Shown here one piece after another: positions 13,903-49,010 of a stretch of 64,000 bases of DNA (the first letter of the stretch is position 1; each line of letters opens with the position of its first letter). The stretch spans positions 62,001 through 126,000 of the forward strand of contig JAUCBJ010003953.1 in assembly GCA_032718475.1 (NCBI GenBank), given 5' to 3'. This DNA is from Nemertoderma westbladi (Eukaryota; Animalia; Xenacoelomorpha). The translations under genes were made by a program, and so were the position numbers. The notes under the pieces are model-generated. The model had not been told where the DNA came from and ran no database searches. It was given only the letters and a program-made list of their open reading frames with translations.

Positions 13903-15333
13903 ATGTAGAACTATACAAAATACAGAACTATACAGGACGTCTAACTTTATGCGACGTGTGAGTATGTAGAACTATACAGGACGTCTAACTTTATGCGACG
14001 GTTGAGTATGTAGAACTATACAGGACGTCTAACTTTATGCGACGGGTGAGTATGTAGAACTATCCAAAATACAGAACAATACAGGACGTCTAACTTTATG
14101 CGACGGGTGAGTATGTAGAACTATACAGGACGTGTTACTTTATGCGACAGGTGGGTATGTAGAACTATACAAGACGTCTAACGTTATGCGACGGGTGAGT
14201 ATGTAGAACTATACAAAATACAGAACTATACAGGACGTGTTACTTTATGCGACAGGTGAGTATGTAGAACTATAGGCCTACAGGACGTCTAACTTTATGC
14301 GACGGGTGAGTATGTAGAACTATACAAGGCGTCTAACTTTATGCGACGGTTGAGTATGTAGAACTATACAGGACGTCTAACTTTATGCGACGGGTGAGTA
14401 TGTAGAACTATACAGGACGTGTTACTTTATGCGACAGGTGGGTATGTAGAACTATACAAGACGTCTAACTTTATGCGACGGGTGAGTATGTAGAACTATA
14501 CAGGACGTGTTACTTTATGCGACGGGTGAGTATGTAGAACTATACAAATTACAGAACTATACAGGAGGTCTAACTTTATGCGACGGGTAAGTATGTAGAA
14601 CTATAGGCCTACAGGACGTCTAACTTTATGCGACGGGTGAGTATGTAGAACTATACAGGACGTCTAACTTTATGCGACGGGTAAGTATGTAGAACTATAG
14701 GCCTACAGGACGTCTAACTTTATGCGACGGGTGAGTATGTAGAACTATACAGGACGTGTTACTTTATGCGACAGGTGGGTATGTAGAACTATACAAGACG
14801 TCTAACTTTATGCGACGGGTGAGTATGTAGAACTATACAAGGCGTCTAACTTTATGCGATGGGTAAGTATGTAGAACTATGCAGGACGTGGTACTTTATG
14901 CGACGGGTGAGTATGTAGAACTATACAAATTACAGAACTATACAGGAGGTCTAACTTTATGCGACGGGTAAGTATGTAGAACTATAGGCCTACAGGACGT
15001 CTAACTTTATGCGACGGGTGAGTATGTAGAACTATACAGGACGTCTAACTTTATGCGACGGGTAAGTATGTAGAACTATAGGCCTACAGGACGTCTAACT
15101 TTATGCGACGGGTGAGTATGTAGAACTATACAGGACGTCTAACTTTATGCGACGGGTGAGTATGTAGAACTATACAGGACGTCTAACTTTATGCGACGGG
15201 TGAGTATGTAGAACTATACAGGACGTCTAACTTTATGCGACGGGTGAGTATGTAGAACTATACAGGACGTCTAACTTTATGCGATGGGTAAGTATGTAGA
15301 ACTATGCAGGACGTGGTACTTTATGCGACGGGT
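13903..15333. repeat. 44-bp tandem repeat, about 30 copies
   Basis: Unit GAGTATGTAGAACTATACAGGACGTCTAACTTTATGCGACGGGT, with 6-bp and 16-bp insertion variants. Confidence 0.95.
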
Positions 15334-15869
15334 TTGAATTCTTCTAGGTTTTAGACGTATTTTTGAAAGTAGGCCTAAGGGGAGCACGTCAATAATTTAC
15401 GGGGGGACAATATTCCACAAAACTTACTGGTTAAAATTTACATTTTATTGTCTAAAAGATTATCAAATAATAGAAGCTATTATTAATCATTATTATAGAT
15501 ATTAACTAATTTGAAAATACAAAAACAATTAAAATTTTAATCAAAGGCGAAAACAAAAAAACGAAAATTAGTTAAGAATAGGCGAAGGAGTTTTAATTTG
15601 AATATTAAAAATGTCATTCCGAGATAATGGCCTTCAAATTAGAAACCTCCCCGTGCAACACTGTCTGTCTGAGGTTTGGTTGTTTAATAATGCCTGGCTT
15701 TAATAATGCACAACGCCGAAAAATGTCTATGCCAGGGATTTTCAGGGTCTTAATTTATTCCCGACTTTAGTTAAAATATTTGGTGGAATCAAGCCTCTTT
15801 GTCGGTCGGAATGTCTGTCTGCCTCACATTTTGACGAACAGACCGGCTGACAAAGAAACAGCGACAACT

Positions 15870-16500
15870 CGAAATCAGTGGAATTGATTACCTTCCAAGC
15901 TTTCAAGCTGGTATATATTATGTTATGGCCGGTCGTCCACGACTACGCTTTCCATGAGTTGGTTGCCAGAAAAGTAGATCTGGTATGACCTCGACTTTAC
16001 TTCGCCAGCAGTGCCCACTGAATCTTAATCTGCGTTCACGGAGGGTGGTTGATACAGGTGGTATACTACCATAAAGCTCGGCGTTTGTCATGTGTTGTCT
16101 CCAGCTGATGTTTAGGGCTGCCCTTAGTAGTCTTTCGTAGCAACCATCAATCGGTGTTCAAGTGATTTCAGTGCTCAGGCCTCAGCTCAGGCCTAGATAT
16201 AAAGTACACTTTCCACTGTGGCTCGAAAGAACTTGGCCTTCAGGTGCCTGGAGAGGTCTGATTTCCAGATGGTATCCATTTTTGATAGAGCTACCCAAGC
16301 CTTTGCTTTCCTAACTTCTATGTTGTCTTTATTTCTGCTCTCTAACTATGACCCCAATGTACTGGAAGCCGACAACGTTCTTTAGTTGATTATATATCGA
16401 TGGTGGTCAAGCTGCTATTAAAATTAAATCACGAATTCGCTTTTAGTACCATTTATATGCCATCCAACATCTTAGCAACCACTAACGTAACTATAGCTCT
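15870..16500 (-). mobile_element. Decayed non-LTR retrotransposon 3' fragment (RTE-like, end of RT and C-terminal region)
   Basis: Minus-strand translation with frameshifts: RKAKAWVALSKMDTIWKSDL..KFFRATVESVL..DGCYERLLRAALNISWRQHMTNAELYG..RERRLRFSGHCWR..LLFWQPTHGKRSRGRP. Confidence 0.75.
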
Positions 16501-17857
16501 ACGTTAAAAATACTTAGTGCCGAATGCAATGAGTTTTGCACTTGTTGGCATAAGTTTTAGCGCGACTGGTAAATGCCAATCAATAAAAACGCGATACCGG
16601 GGTTGTATGTTAGAACTTCAGCATCTACAGAACCTCCCAGGCAGTTTACCATATGGTATTATTCAGTGCCGCATTACGCCGGTGGGAGGCCTGGGGCCCC
16701 TTGCCCCATGCCCCCCCCCCCCCCCCCCCCCCCTTAAACTCCAAATTTCAGAGAAGTAGGCCTATTAAATTATCCTACCAATGTGCTAAGCAACCGTACT
16801 AGCAGAATAACCTTTTTACTACGATGTAACGATGTGCATAGCGCAGTGTTTTTTACAACAAAAAAATAAAATATGGTGGTAAAAGGTAATTAATAATTCT
16901 GTCAGATTAACGTTTTACGGTAAATCTAAAGTGAGGTAATTGGAAATCAAAGTTAACAAGTGAAAGTGAAATAGACATATTTTATGGCGGGTACCAACAT
17001 ATCGTCCGTTAGGCAGGCTCTTCTAACCAATACAATAAAAAATGGATCTCCAGTATAATGTTTACTTCTCTATGATGATACCGGTCCTGATGGACTAAGG
17101 GAACTGCAGTAGAGATAACAGTACCGAGGAACTTAATTAAAACAAACTGACGAAAATAAGTAAAAAAAAAAACTTACAAATAATAAAAAAAACGGACATA
17201 GTGAGTGATTTAAACGGACAAGTAAATTTATTGCTGTAATAAAAATAAATGTCTTAAATTATTCATATAAACATCTAAAATTGACACCGACCAATCACAT
17301 GGCATGTATACTATGTAAAAAAAACGAGGATTTTATTGTTTCATGTCCTATTTGGGGCACCTTGAGTATTTATATCTTTAATAATTTATTATTATTCTGA
17401 AAGGTTCTTCAAATTCCAATAAAGCGCTTACTTACAAAAGTATGGTAATGTTAGACCCACAATATAATAAGTCATACTGAACTGACAACTTATAGAACAC
17501 TAAAAGAGCATTCGAGCATTCTAAAGTATTCAAAAAACCAGAAAGACGTGATAAACTACAACATTATCTTCTATTGGTCTTAAGAGTAAAATCACCGATA
17601 CTATCAATGATGTCCGATGTAAGTTTCACAGTGTTAAATGAGACCAATAAATACCTCGAAAGTGAAGTGATTTAATTTGAAAGATTTAGAAGATTAAGTA
17701 ACTGGTTACCTCTCACTCCACCTCATCAACGTAAAATAAGCAATTAACCTGTAACTATTACTCTATTCTAAAAGAATTCTGGATAATATTGAAACTGGTA
17801 CTTATTTAGAACCACTCAATGTACTTAGAGCGATAATTACATATAAAGATAAACTAT

Positions 17858-18808
17858 TTATTTACGTTGCGACTTCCTTTTAGTTGCTTTTGGTTCACGA
17901 AGTTTCCTCCCGGACCCCGAGAAGGGGCTGAACTCTGGCTCAACTGTGGTGGTAGAGTTATCATCGGTGATGGGAACTGGGTTCCTGATGAACGTCAGAG
18001 TGCCCGACACGTAGTCGTAGTTGGGGATTCCTCTTCGGACAGTGGGAAGATCCCGAGGGTTGGGCCGGAATTCTGTGCCCTTCTTCCGGCCGTCCAACCG
18101 GCGTCCCGCTCCGGAGAAGGCCGAGAATGTCTTGGCCCTTTCGGCCTCAATAATGGCCTCCACACTGGGTCCCGATGAGTCGGTCTCGTATCGACTTGCC
18201 TGGCTGCGATCCGGCTCCTTGTATCCGATTGGGGATTCAAACTCAACATTCATATCGCACTCGATTATAGAGACTGCTTTGCTCGGTTTGACTTCTATAA
18301 CAGAAAGTTCGTAGGTTCTATCATTGTATTTGATCGCGATTACGTCTCCTTGGGTGAGACAGGCATAGGTCCTCAGTGCATTCTCAAGCACCGCTTTGGG
18401 ATTGTGTATGTCAAGGAAATCAACATGTTGGGCCTGGAACTTACTGTATGTAGCTACCGGTAGCGCGGTGCTCTCAACCCGCACTAGCTGACCCTCGGAA
18501 AGACAGAGATTTCGCATCATCCAGTGCGGCAAGTAAATATTATTCTCGTCCGCTATAAACTCCAGCACCCCGCAGTGAGTGACTCGGTTTACTGGTTGGT
18601 TGCTGAGTTTGAATAGCATCGGGTATACAATGTTTAGTCGGGTCAGGGTGTCCAGCGCCGAGGGGGGCATGATTATCTTGCCACCACGTTCAACATCATG
18701 GCGTTCCTGGCCCGGCATCATGTAGACGGAGAAGGCCTTGTATTGAGTGTTGAAAGGGTGGCGGCCCAACTCCGGAAAATCCATGCCAGGTCCCCCGAAA
18801 TGAAACAT
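17858..18808 (-). CDS. UFD1: Ubiquitin recognition factor in ERAD 1 (UFD1), copy A, intronless
   Basis: 316-aa ORF with GGKIIMPPSALDTL, YPMLFKL, THCGVLEF, FLDIHNPKAVLENALR and VSIIECDMNVEF, plus two SHP-box-like motifs (FSGAGRRL, FSGSGRKL). Confidence 0.95.
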   Translation of the reverse strand: MFHFGGPGMDFPELGRHPFNTQYKAFSVYMMPGQERHDVERGGKIIMPPSALDTLTRLNIVYPMLFKLSNQPVNRVTHCGVLEFIADENNIYLPHWMMRNLCLSEGQLVRVESTALPVATYSKFQAQHVDFLDIHNPKAVLENALRTYACLTQGDVIAIKYNDRTYELSVIEVKPSKAVSIIECDMNVEFESPIGYKEPDRSQASRYETDSSGPSVEAIIEAERAKTFSAFSGAGRRLDGRKKGTEFRPNPRDLPTVRRGIPNYDYVSGTLTFIRNPVPITDDNSTTTVEPEFSPFSGSGRKLREPKATKRKSQRK

Positions 18809-20189
18809 CGCGATACAGTAATAAGACTGTAATAGATATCGGTAGATCGTTTATCCACTATCAGACTATACACAATAGATTGACTAATTAATAATAATTC
18901 GACACCGAACCAGAGTCTGTTCGTTTCGTATCGCAGTCGAGGCGCGCGGTAGGCCTACTGCTGTACTGCTCCGTCGTTGACACAGTAAACAGCACAACGC
19001 AGCATGCAGCAGCGCCCGACCACAAACACGGGTCAGCTGTTCTGATGACTGATGCAGTTCGGACGAACCTAACTAACTCGTAATGGTGCGGTGGGAGAAA
19101 CATTAAAGGAAAGCAGCATGTTACAATGGCTGTGTTTTCTAACCAAAACAATATTGGACACTTTATTTCCCTTGCGGTCAATTTGCGCTGCAGATCACAA
19201 TTTTCACTTGCGGTCAATGGTCAAATCTACCATCTGGGGAAATCCACTATCTGGGCGGTCAAATCCACTATCTGGGGAGCCACGATCACGAAGTCTGTGG
19301 TGAAATGTGGACAGTTTATTCAGTGAATTAATATAATTTATTGTTTGTGAAACATACAGTAGCATTGTTGGTATTTCAAAACTGCGCCAAATTGGCATTG
19401 TACGTCTGTCTTGGTCCATGTAAGGGTAAGGTAGGTCAATATTTCGGCAACGAAATAAACGGCGTGGTCAAATTTGGTTTGTGTGTGTACTGTGGGGCCA
19501 GCCACGAAGTTAGCAGAGCCTTTGCGACATAGTCATACAGATACGACACGAGTATGTGTAGTACAGAAACTAGTTGTCCACGCAGGAGTTGACCGGATGC
19601 ATGACATGTTGTCCACACACGCAGGAGTTGACCGGATACATGTTGTCCACACACGCAGGAGTTGACCGGATACATGTTGTTCTATATTAGAGATTATAAA
19701 GAAAGTTTACTTATTTTAATTAAGTGCTATTTTTAACATTTCAACCCCAAACGGGGCAAGGTAACTTTTATTTAAAATTTAAAGTTAAACATTTAATATA
19801 AATAGTATAAACATTTACTATAAATAATATGAACAACTACTGTAATAAAAATGTATAGTAGGGCCTGTTATTCAATACATTAATGTAACTTAAAGAGGAA
19901 TCAGATACAGTACAATTTATAGATAACGAAGTAGGCCCTACTTGGAATTGCCTGACAATGAAACACAAAAAGTTATGGTAATGGGAGACTTGTAATTTAG
20001 GGAAGCCGGAATTAAAAAAACACGTTTACTAATGAAATTATTTAAAAAATACCACATCGAAATAATTGATTTATAGGTTTTTATACCATTACTGAGCAAC
20101 AATGATTTACTATCTTTTGATTATATTTTTGTTTAATAAACGTTTTTAGGGGCAATAACTAATTTATTTTTTATTAACAAAAAGAAAGT

Positions 20190-20430
20190 AACATTTTTAT
20201 TCTTAAATTGTTACTTTTTCGCTCGAATATACCCCAAAATCAGGAGAAAAAGTTTCATTTTTTTCCCTAGGGTCAAAAAGTAATCAATAGGATTGCATTG
20301 ATTTTACTTTTTTTCCCGGCGAAAAAAGTAAAATATTTTTGGTGGAATTTCTTAAATTTTATAACATATATTGAAGGAGCATCGACGTAGATAAGGTTCG
20401 CAAGTAATTTGAGAAAAATCCATTCACAAA
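20190..20430. repeat. Dispersed repeat copy (second copy at ~43595-43805)
   Basis: Shared blocks TCTTAAATTGTTACTTTTTCG..CATTGATTTTACT..GGCGAAAAAAGTAAAAT..GGAATTTCTTAAATTTT..GTAATTTGAG..AAATCCATTCACA. Confidence 0.7.
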
Positions 20431-21904
20431 CTCAAAAGTTATTGCAACTTTAATGTCTGTAAGAGAACACTAAATTACTTTAACATTGAATAAGGCAACA
20501 TCGAGAGTTAAAGAGTACAATAATTTGAATTGCAGTAACTATGGAAACAATATAGTTAAATACTGCAGTTCAATTTATTTTGTAACACTATTATTCGTTC
20601 ATCTTATATTAACGAATTAAAAAACAAAAAAGTACCAATTTAAGAATAAAATTACGTATTACATGGGAAACAAAACGTACAACATTTTTTTTTCAATATT
20701 CTCTCGACCCTTTATTAACCTCGCTGACGCTCGGTAAATAAAATGCCTCGAGAATAATGAAAAATGTTCTACTTTTTTTCCCATGTAATAAATAATTGAT
20801 TTTGTCAGGCTTTTTAATCCGCATTTTCGAGGAATAGTAATTACTTTTACTATTTTGAGAATTTTTCATGGCACACCTTTTATACTTATCAACATATCCA
20901 AAATCGTTCCAAAAGAATATTGTTGGAACTTTGTTAAAAAGTTTTTCAAAGGAAATTCATGTGTTTCATGATCTGTGAACTTTATAACGGCAAATTATAC
21001 ATAGCAACAGCGATTGCGAATGTCATTTAGCAGCATTAGCAACGGATAATCGTACAAGACAACAACTGGTTTTCAACCTATTTCCGAGTTCATATATTTC
21101 TATACCAACAGCGAGTTTACCGCAGAGCAACGACGTAACGACGAGTTGCCGTTTTCAATGTATCGCAAAGTTCTCTGGATTTACGGTGAGAAAGATAAAA
21201 AAAATACAGATAAAATTAACCTTTGCACTTTCTTGTTCTCAGATTTAAAATGTAATTTACATAAAAAAATTACATAACTCATTTTATATAACTGCCAAAT
21301 AATTTCAATGATTATATAGGCCTAATTTACATTTCAATAGAAAATCCCAAATTTAGATTCAAAATGTTATAAAATATTCGAATCAAATATGTCAACTAAA
21401 ATTCAAATTAATCACATTTTTTTCCGAAAAAGACAACGTAATACTTATACGGATTATTTAGAATGATATTATTGGTCATTTTAAATAATGTTTTTCAATT
21501 TAATTATTTCGCTTGATGTTATAGCTCGTTTTAAATATGATAGTTGAATTATTTAACCAATACTAATAATAGATCGATTTAAATAGATCAGCTGGTAAGG
21601 GTAACGAGGCTGATCTCTTGAAAATTCACTCATATTCACTCCTTCACTTACCGTACCGGTACCACTGTACCAGTACTGTAGTATGCATGCACCTGCTGAT
21701 CCATTTAAAAGGAGTTCAATGTTTTTGGTTGGCATAACAAGACGTGATAGGTTGGAAAATTATAGGCTGGACTTAGATACATAATATACCCATACCGGTA
21801 AGGTAATTGACCCTAAATGGATTTCTTTATAAAATGAATGTAACTAAAGCTAAGAAACATTATGGGAAATATGATGTTTTATATGTTTTAACATCCATAG
21901 ATTG

Positions 21905-21977
21905 TATAAATTATTAAGTAATTTAAACAGGACTTAGGATGATCCAATGTCCTGTTTAAATTACTTAATAATTTATA
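21905..21977. repeat. Perfect 29-bp inverted repeat (73-nt hairpin)
   Basis: TATAAATTATTAAGTAATTTAAACAGGAC, 15-nt spacer, then its exact reverse complement. Confidence 0.9.
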
Positions 21978-22775
21978 GGAAATATTTTTTTTTATTACCA
22001 AGGTTACAGGCCAACAAACTGCGAATCCCATTCAATAATGGTGCACAGTTACGCTTGTGGTCAATTTATTTCCAATGTTTCTTAATCTGGTAAAGCGGAG
22101 AACATATAATACGGTTTTTTGATGATGTATTTACCACAGTTACCATGGTACCGTACCACTTTTCAAAAATAACCCCCAGCGGGTTCTCAGATAGAGATTT
22201 GGGTGGGGTTAGAGTTAAGGTTAGAATTCCGTAGGATTATACGGAAGAGCTGTTTTATAATTTTCCGTTTTCATGATGAAATGGTCTTTTTAACCAAATT
22301 CCAACTTGATAAGCATAAATATGGGCCGAGAAAATTTGAATTAAAATTACGTTGCCATTATTCTGAAGTTGAGCAATATTTTGACTGGACTAGGAAAATG
22401 AAACATTAATTCATAAAGTTATATGTAATTAACAAACACAACTAAACAGAAAACAATCTAGTAGATAAAATTGAAAGTAATCTCTTAACTTTTAGTATTT
22501 CATAGTATGGATTATTATTCAACTATTTCGAATATCAAGGCAAATAGACATTAAAATGACCCAAAATGATGCCATTTACTCATTTACATAGCCAATGCAT
22601 GCATAGCCCAATTTATGACAATTCACCTTGATCACATGAGGCAGCTAACAGGCAACATTAATAAATAAATTACGATACAAAAGCCAACGTTTCAATAATC
22701 TGATTAATTAGAGATTAATTAATCAAATTCGCCTTATATAGTCATGTAATATAATAATAGTATCAATGGTATCAT

Positions 22776-44083
<21,308 letters not shown>

Positions 44084-44243
44084 TGGAAACCGGCAAAATA
44101 GTATAGGGTAAACAAAACAATGGCCTTCTTCGTTATAAAAAGTTACACTAAAACGTTAAACTATCATCAAATAACTTAATAATAAAACAGATCAGTAAAT
44201 AATACTATGAACTTCAAATCTAATGATCGTATAAGTCCAAGAC

Positions 44244-45945
44244 AGGATAGAGATAGGGGCAGCCGGGCGATGGGATAGAGATAGGGGCAGACGGGCGATG
44301 GGATAGAGATAGGGGCAACCGGGCGATGGGATAGAGATAGGGGCAGACGGGCGATGGGATAGAGATAGGGGCAGACGGGCGACGGGATAGAGATAGGGGC
44401 AACCGGGCGATGGGATAGAGATAGGGGCAGACGGGCGATGGGATAGAGATAGGGGCAGACGGGCGATGGGCTAGAGATAGGGGCAGCCGGGCGATGGGAT
44501 AGAGATAGGGGCAGACGGGCGATGGGATAGAGATAGGGGCAGACGGGCGATGGGATAGAGATAGGGGCAGACGGGCGACGGGATAGAGATAGGGGCAGAC
44601 GGGCGACGGGATAGAGATAGGGGCAACCGGGCGATGGGATAGAGATAGGGGCAACCGGGCGATGGGATAGAGATAGGGGCAACCGGGCGATGGGATAGAG
44701 ATAGGGGCAGACGGGCGATGGGATAGAGATAGGGGCGGACGGGCGATGGGATAGAGATAGGGGCAACAGGGCGATGGGATAGAGATAGGGGCAGACGGGC
44801 GATGGGATAGAGATAGGGGGAGACGGGCGATGGGATAGAGATAGGGGGAGACGGGCGATGGGATAGAGATAGGGGCAGACGGGCGATGGGAGAGAGATAG
44901 GGGCAGACGGGCGATGGGATAGAGATAGGGGCAGCCGGGCGACGGGATAGAGATAGGGGCAACCGGGCGATGGGATAGAGATAGGGGCAGACAGGCGATG
45001 GGATAGAGATAGGGGCAGACGGGCGACGGGATAGAGATAGGGGCAACCGGGCGATGGGATAGAGATAGGGGCAACCGGGCGATGGGATAGAGATAGGGGC
45101 AACCGGGCGATGGGATAGAGATAGGGGCAGCCGGGCGATGGGATAGAGATAGGGGGGGACGGGCGATGGGATAGAGATAGGGGCAGACGGGCGATGGGAT
45201 AGAGATAGGGGCAGCCGGGCGACGGGATAGAGATAGGGGCAACCGGGCGATGGGATAGAGATAGGGGCAGACGGGCGATGGGATAGAGATAGGGGCAACC
45301 GGGCGATGGGATAGATAGGGGCAGACAGGCGATGGGATAGAGATAGGGGCAACCGGGCGATGGGATAGAGATAGGGGCAGACGGGCGATGGGATAGAGAT
45401 ATGGGCAGACGGGCGATGGGATAGAGATAGGGGCAGGCGGGCGATGGGATAGAGATAGGGGCAGACGGGCGATGGGATAGAGATAGGGGCAGACGGGCGA
45501 TGGGATAGAGAAAGGGGCAACCGGGCGATGGGATAGAGATAGGGGCAGACGGGCGATGGGATAGAGATAGGGGCAGACGGGTGATGGGATAGAGATAGGG
45601 GCAGACGGGCGATGGGATAGAGATAGGGGCAGACGGGCGATGGGATAGAGATAGGGGCAGCCGGGCGACGGGATAGAGATAGGGGCAGACGGGCGATGGG
45701 ATAGAGATAGGGGGAGACGGGCGATGGGATAGAGATAGGGGGAGACGGGCGATGGGATAGAGATAGGGGCAGACGGGCGATGGGATAGAGATAGGGGCAG
45801 ACGGGCGATGGGATAGAGATAGGGGCAGACGGGCGATGGGATAGAGATAGGGGCAGACGGGCGATGGGATAGAGATAGGGGCAACCGGGCGATGGGATAG
45901 AGATAGGGGCAGCCGGGCGATGGGATAGAGATAGGGGCAGCCGGC
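44244..45945. repeat. 28-bp satellite, about 60 copies, just upstream of the AMDHD1 ATG
   Basis: Unit GGGATAGAGATAGGGGCAGACGGGCGAT. Confidence 0.97.
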
Positions 45946-47689
45946 AATGATGTATAAATCATTTCAAAGCGTTTGAAAATACTTTTCTACATTTATTTCC
46001 CCAGATTGATAGGGGACGGAAACTGGACGCAATAAAATTTCATCCACAGGAAATTGGACGCAAATAACAGTTGATTACTCTCAGAAATAAATCTGTAACC
46101 TGTTCTATTTGGTTTAGTTTATTGTTTTGGTTAAAATAACGTGCCACTGCAACCTGCTCCTATCCGTGCCCCCCCCCCCCCCCCCCCCCCCCTCTATTTA
46201 CCATACCGAACATGATTTTATATTACATTATTGTTTTATTTTATTTTATATATTTTATTTTATTTTATTTCATATATTTGATTTGATTTGATTTTATATT
46301 ATATATTTTATGATGTGTGTGTAATAAGTATGTGTATAAAGTATGTGTTATATGGTGGGTAAAATAAATAATGTGTGAATTAAAGTACACCTGTCAGCAC
46401 AGCACCTTATGAATGGGAGGACTTAAAATATAGTTAACATTGTCAAATTAAATTAGTTTATAGGCTAATTTATAAATCAACAACAATCAATTAATTCATA
46501 CCTTGATTCGATAACAACTCAAGTCAATTTATAGTGAATTAGTTAGAATTAATGTTAATTACAATTAGTGTTAATAGATCATATTTGACGTTTGCAGAGC
46601 CAGAGTGGGCATGCCTGCCTATACTCTTATAAATAAAAATACTTCAGTAGGCCTAAAACAATGTAACCAAAACTAGCTAAATCAATTTCAGTTATGACAA
46701 CAATAGAAAATAATAAGTAATATATCGCAAATCTAAAGTAAATAATAGAAAGTAATCTGGAAACGTTAACACTGACTCATGGAGTCATGGCGCATGGAAT
46801 GGTGGCATCAAAAATTCCAATAAATTACTTACCTGCAAAAGACACTACCTACACCAACCGGTTGATACAGATTCACCATGCAGGCGTAGAGTGTGGAGAG
46901 TAAGCATGGTGAACGGAGACGCTGCTACCTTGAGATAGAAGATTGATAGTAGCTCCCAAGCATCCTATTTTACAGGCAGGTAGTTGGCCCGATATGGTGG
47001 CATCAGGTGTATACAGGTAATTTACAGTACTATAGGCCTATACAGCGTACCTATCCCCCGTTCACTGGTGGTACATGTCAGGATCAGCAGTCAGGCGTAG
47101 CTACAGGTAGACGTACAACTGTATAACTGACACCCAGAGATGGCAGGATGGGGGTGTTTTGATAGGTAACTTCTTAAGAGTGCAATATTATTACAACGGA
47201 TATAATACCGTTCGTTACCACACCATAGTCGCTAATCCTTACACTGCCAGACTGCGGCACAAACTCTTTACCTACCGGTACAACTTAAAAGTTAATAACT
47301 TGAATAAACATCACCTCAATAATTTAAGTGATTTCAGCACAATCTTGTTTATCATGTTCAAAATTCCCGCCCCTTTTTGAAATGGAAATAATTACGCTTA
47401 TTGGCTGCTAGCTAACTGATATCATTCAGCTTATCATTGCGGCAAGAAGGTAACTAACTACTTGGTGATTGGGCTGGTACAATAAAGGAAGCTTATTAAC
47501 AGAAATTGTCCACAAACGAGAGCATTTAACTCCGCAAGTCATTCATCGTACTGTATTTGTCGACCTCAAAAACCCAAAAATACACTCGTTATATCATAAA
47601 ACTATTTGGTTTCTAAACTAAACATAAAATCAATATAACAATCCTAATTGTATTATGTAAAAATCTCCGCTTAAAATTACAGTATTACT

Positions 47690-49010
47690 TTTACTACATC
47701 TCAACGTTTACTACATCTCAACGTTTACTACATCTCAACGTTTACTACATCTCAACGTTTACTACATCTCCACGTTTACTACATCTCAACGTTTACTACA
47801 TCTCCACGTTTACTACATCTCCACGTTTACTACATCTCCACGTTTACTACATCTCCACGTTTACTACATCTCCACGTTTACTACATCTCCACGTTTACTA
47901 CATCTCCACGTTTACTACATCTCCACGTTTACTACATCTCCACGTTTACTACATCTCCACGTTTACTACATCTCCACGTTTACTACATCTCAACGTTTAC
48001 TACATCTCCACGTTTACTACATCTCCACGTTTACTACATCTCCACGTTTACTACATCTCCACGTTTACTACATCTCCACGTTTACTACATCTCAACGTTT
48101 ACTACATCTCCACGTTTACTACATCTCCACGTTTACTACATCTCCACGTTTACTACATCTCCACGTTTACTACATCTCCACGTTTACTACATCTCCACGT
48201 TTACTACATCTCCACGTTTACTACATCTCAACGTTTACTACATCTCAACGTTTACTACATCTCAACGTTTACTACATCTCCACGTTTACTACATCTCCAC
48301 GTTTACTACATCTCCACGTTTACTACATCTCCACGTTTACTACATCTCCACGTTTACTACATCTCCACGTTTACTACATCTCCACGTTTACTACATCTCC
48401 ACGTTTACTACATCTCCACGTTTACTACATCTCAACGTTTACTACATCTCCACGTTTACTACATCTCCACGTTTACTACATCTCAACATTTACTACATCT
48501 CAACGTTTACTACATCTCCACGTTTACTACATCTCCACGTTTACTACATCTCCACGTTTACTACATCTCCACGTTTACTACATCTCAACGTTTACTACAT
48601 CTCCACGTTTACTACATCTCAACGTTTACTACATCTCCACGTTTACTACATCTCCACGTTTACTACATCTCCACGTTTACTACATCTCCACGTTTACTAC
48701 ATCTCCACGTTTACTACATCTCCACGTTTACTACATCTCCACGTTTACTACATCTCCACGTTTACTACATCTCCACGTTTACTACATCTCAACGTTTACT
48801 ACATCTCCACGTTTACTACATCTCCATGTTTACTACATCTCAACGTTTACTACATCTCCACGTTTACTACATCTCCACGTTTACTACATCTCCACGTTTA
48901 CTACATCTCCACTTTTACTACATCTCCACGTTTACTACATCTCCACGTTTACTACATCTCCACGTTTACTACATCTCCACGTTTACTACATCTCCACGTT
49001 TACTACATCT
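47690..49010. repeat. 17-bp satellite, about 78 copies
   Basis: Unit TTTACTACATCTC(C/A)ACG, highly homogeneous. Confidence 0.97.

Noticed and set aside
13903-15333. CRISPR-like regular repeat
   Set aside because: Contiguous 44-bp units without spacers, in a eukaryotic context.
17867-18314. Antisense and alternative-frame ORFs over UFD1 (also 24040-24378)
   Set aside because: Shadow ORFs of a GC-rich coding region with no recognisable motifs.
44176-45962. Pro/Ser-rich ORFs in three frames
   Set aside because: 28-bp satellite artefact.
47690-49010. 17-bp satellite as a hypoxia-response (ACGTG) array
   Set aside because: A 5-bp core match in a satellite is too weak without functional data.
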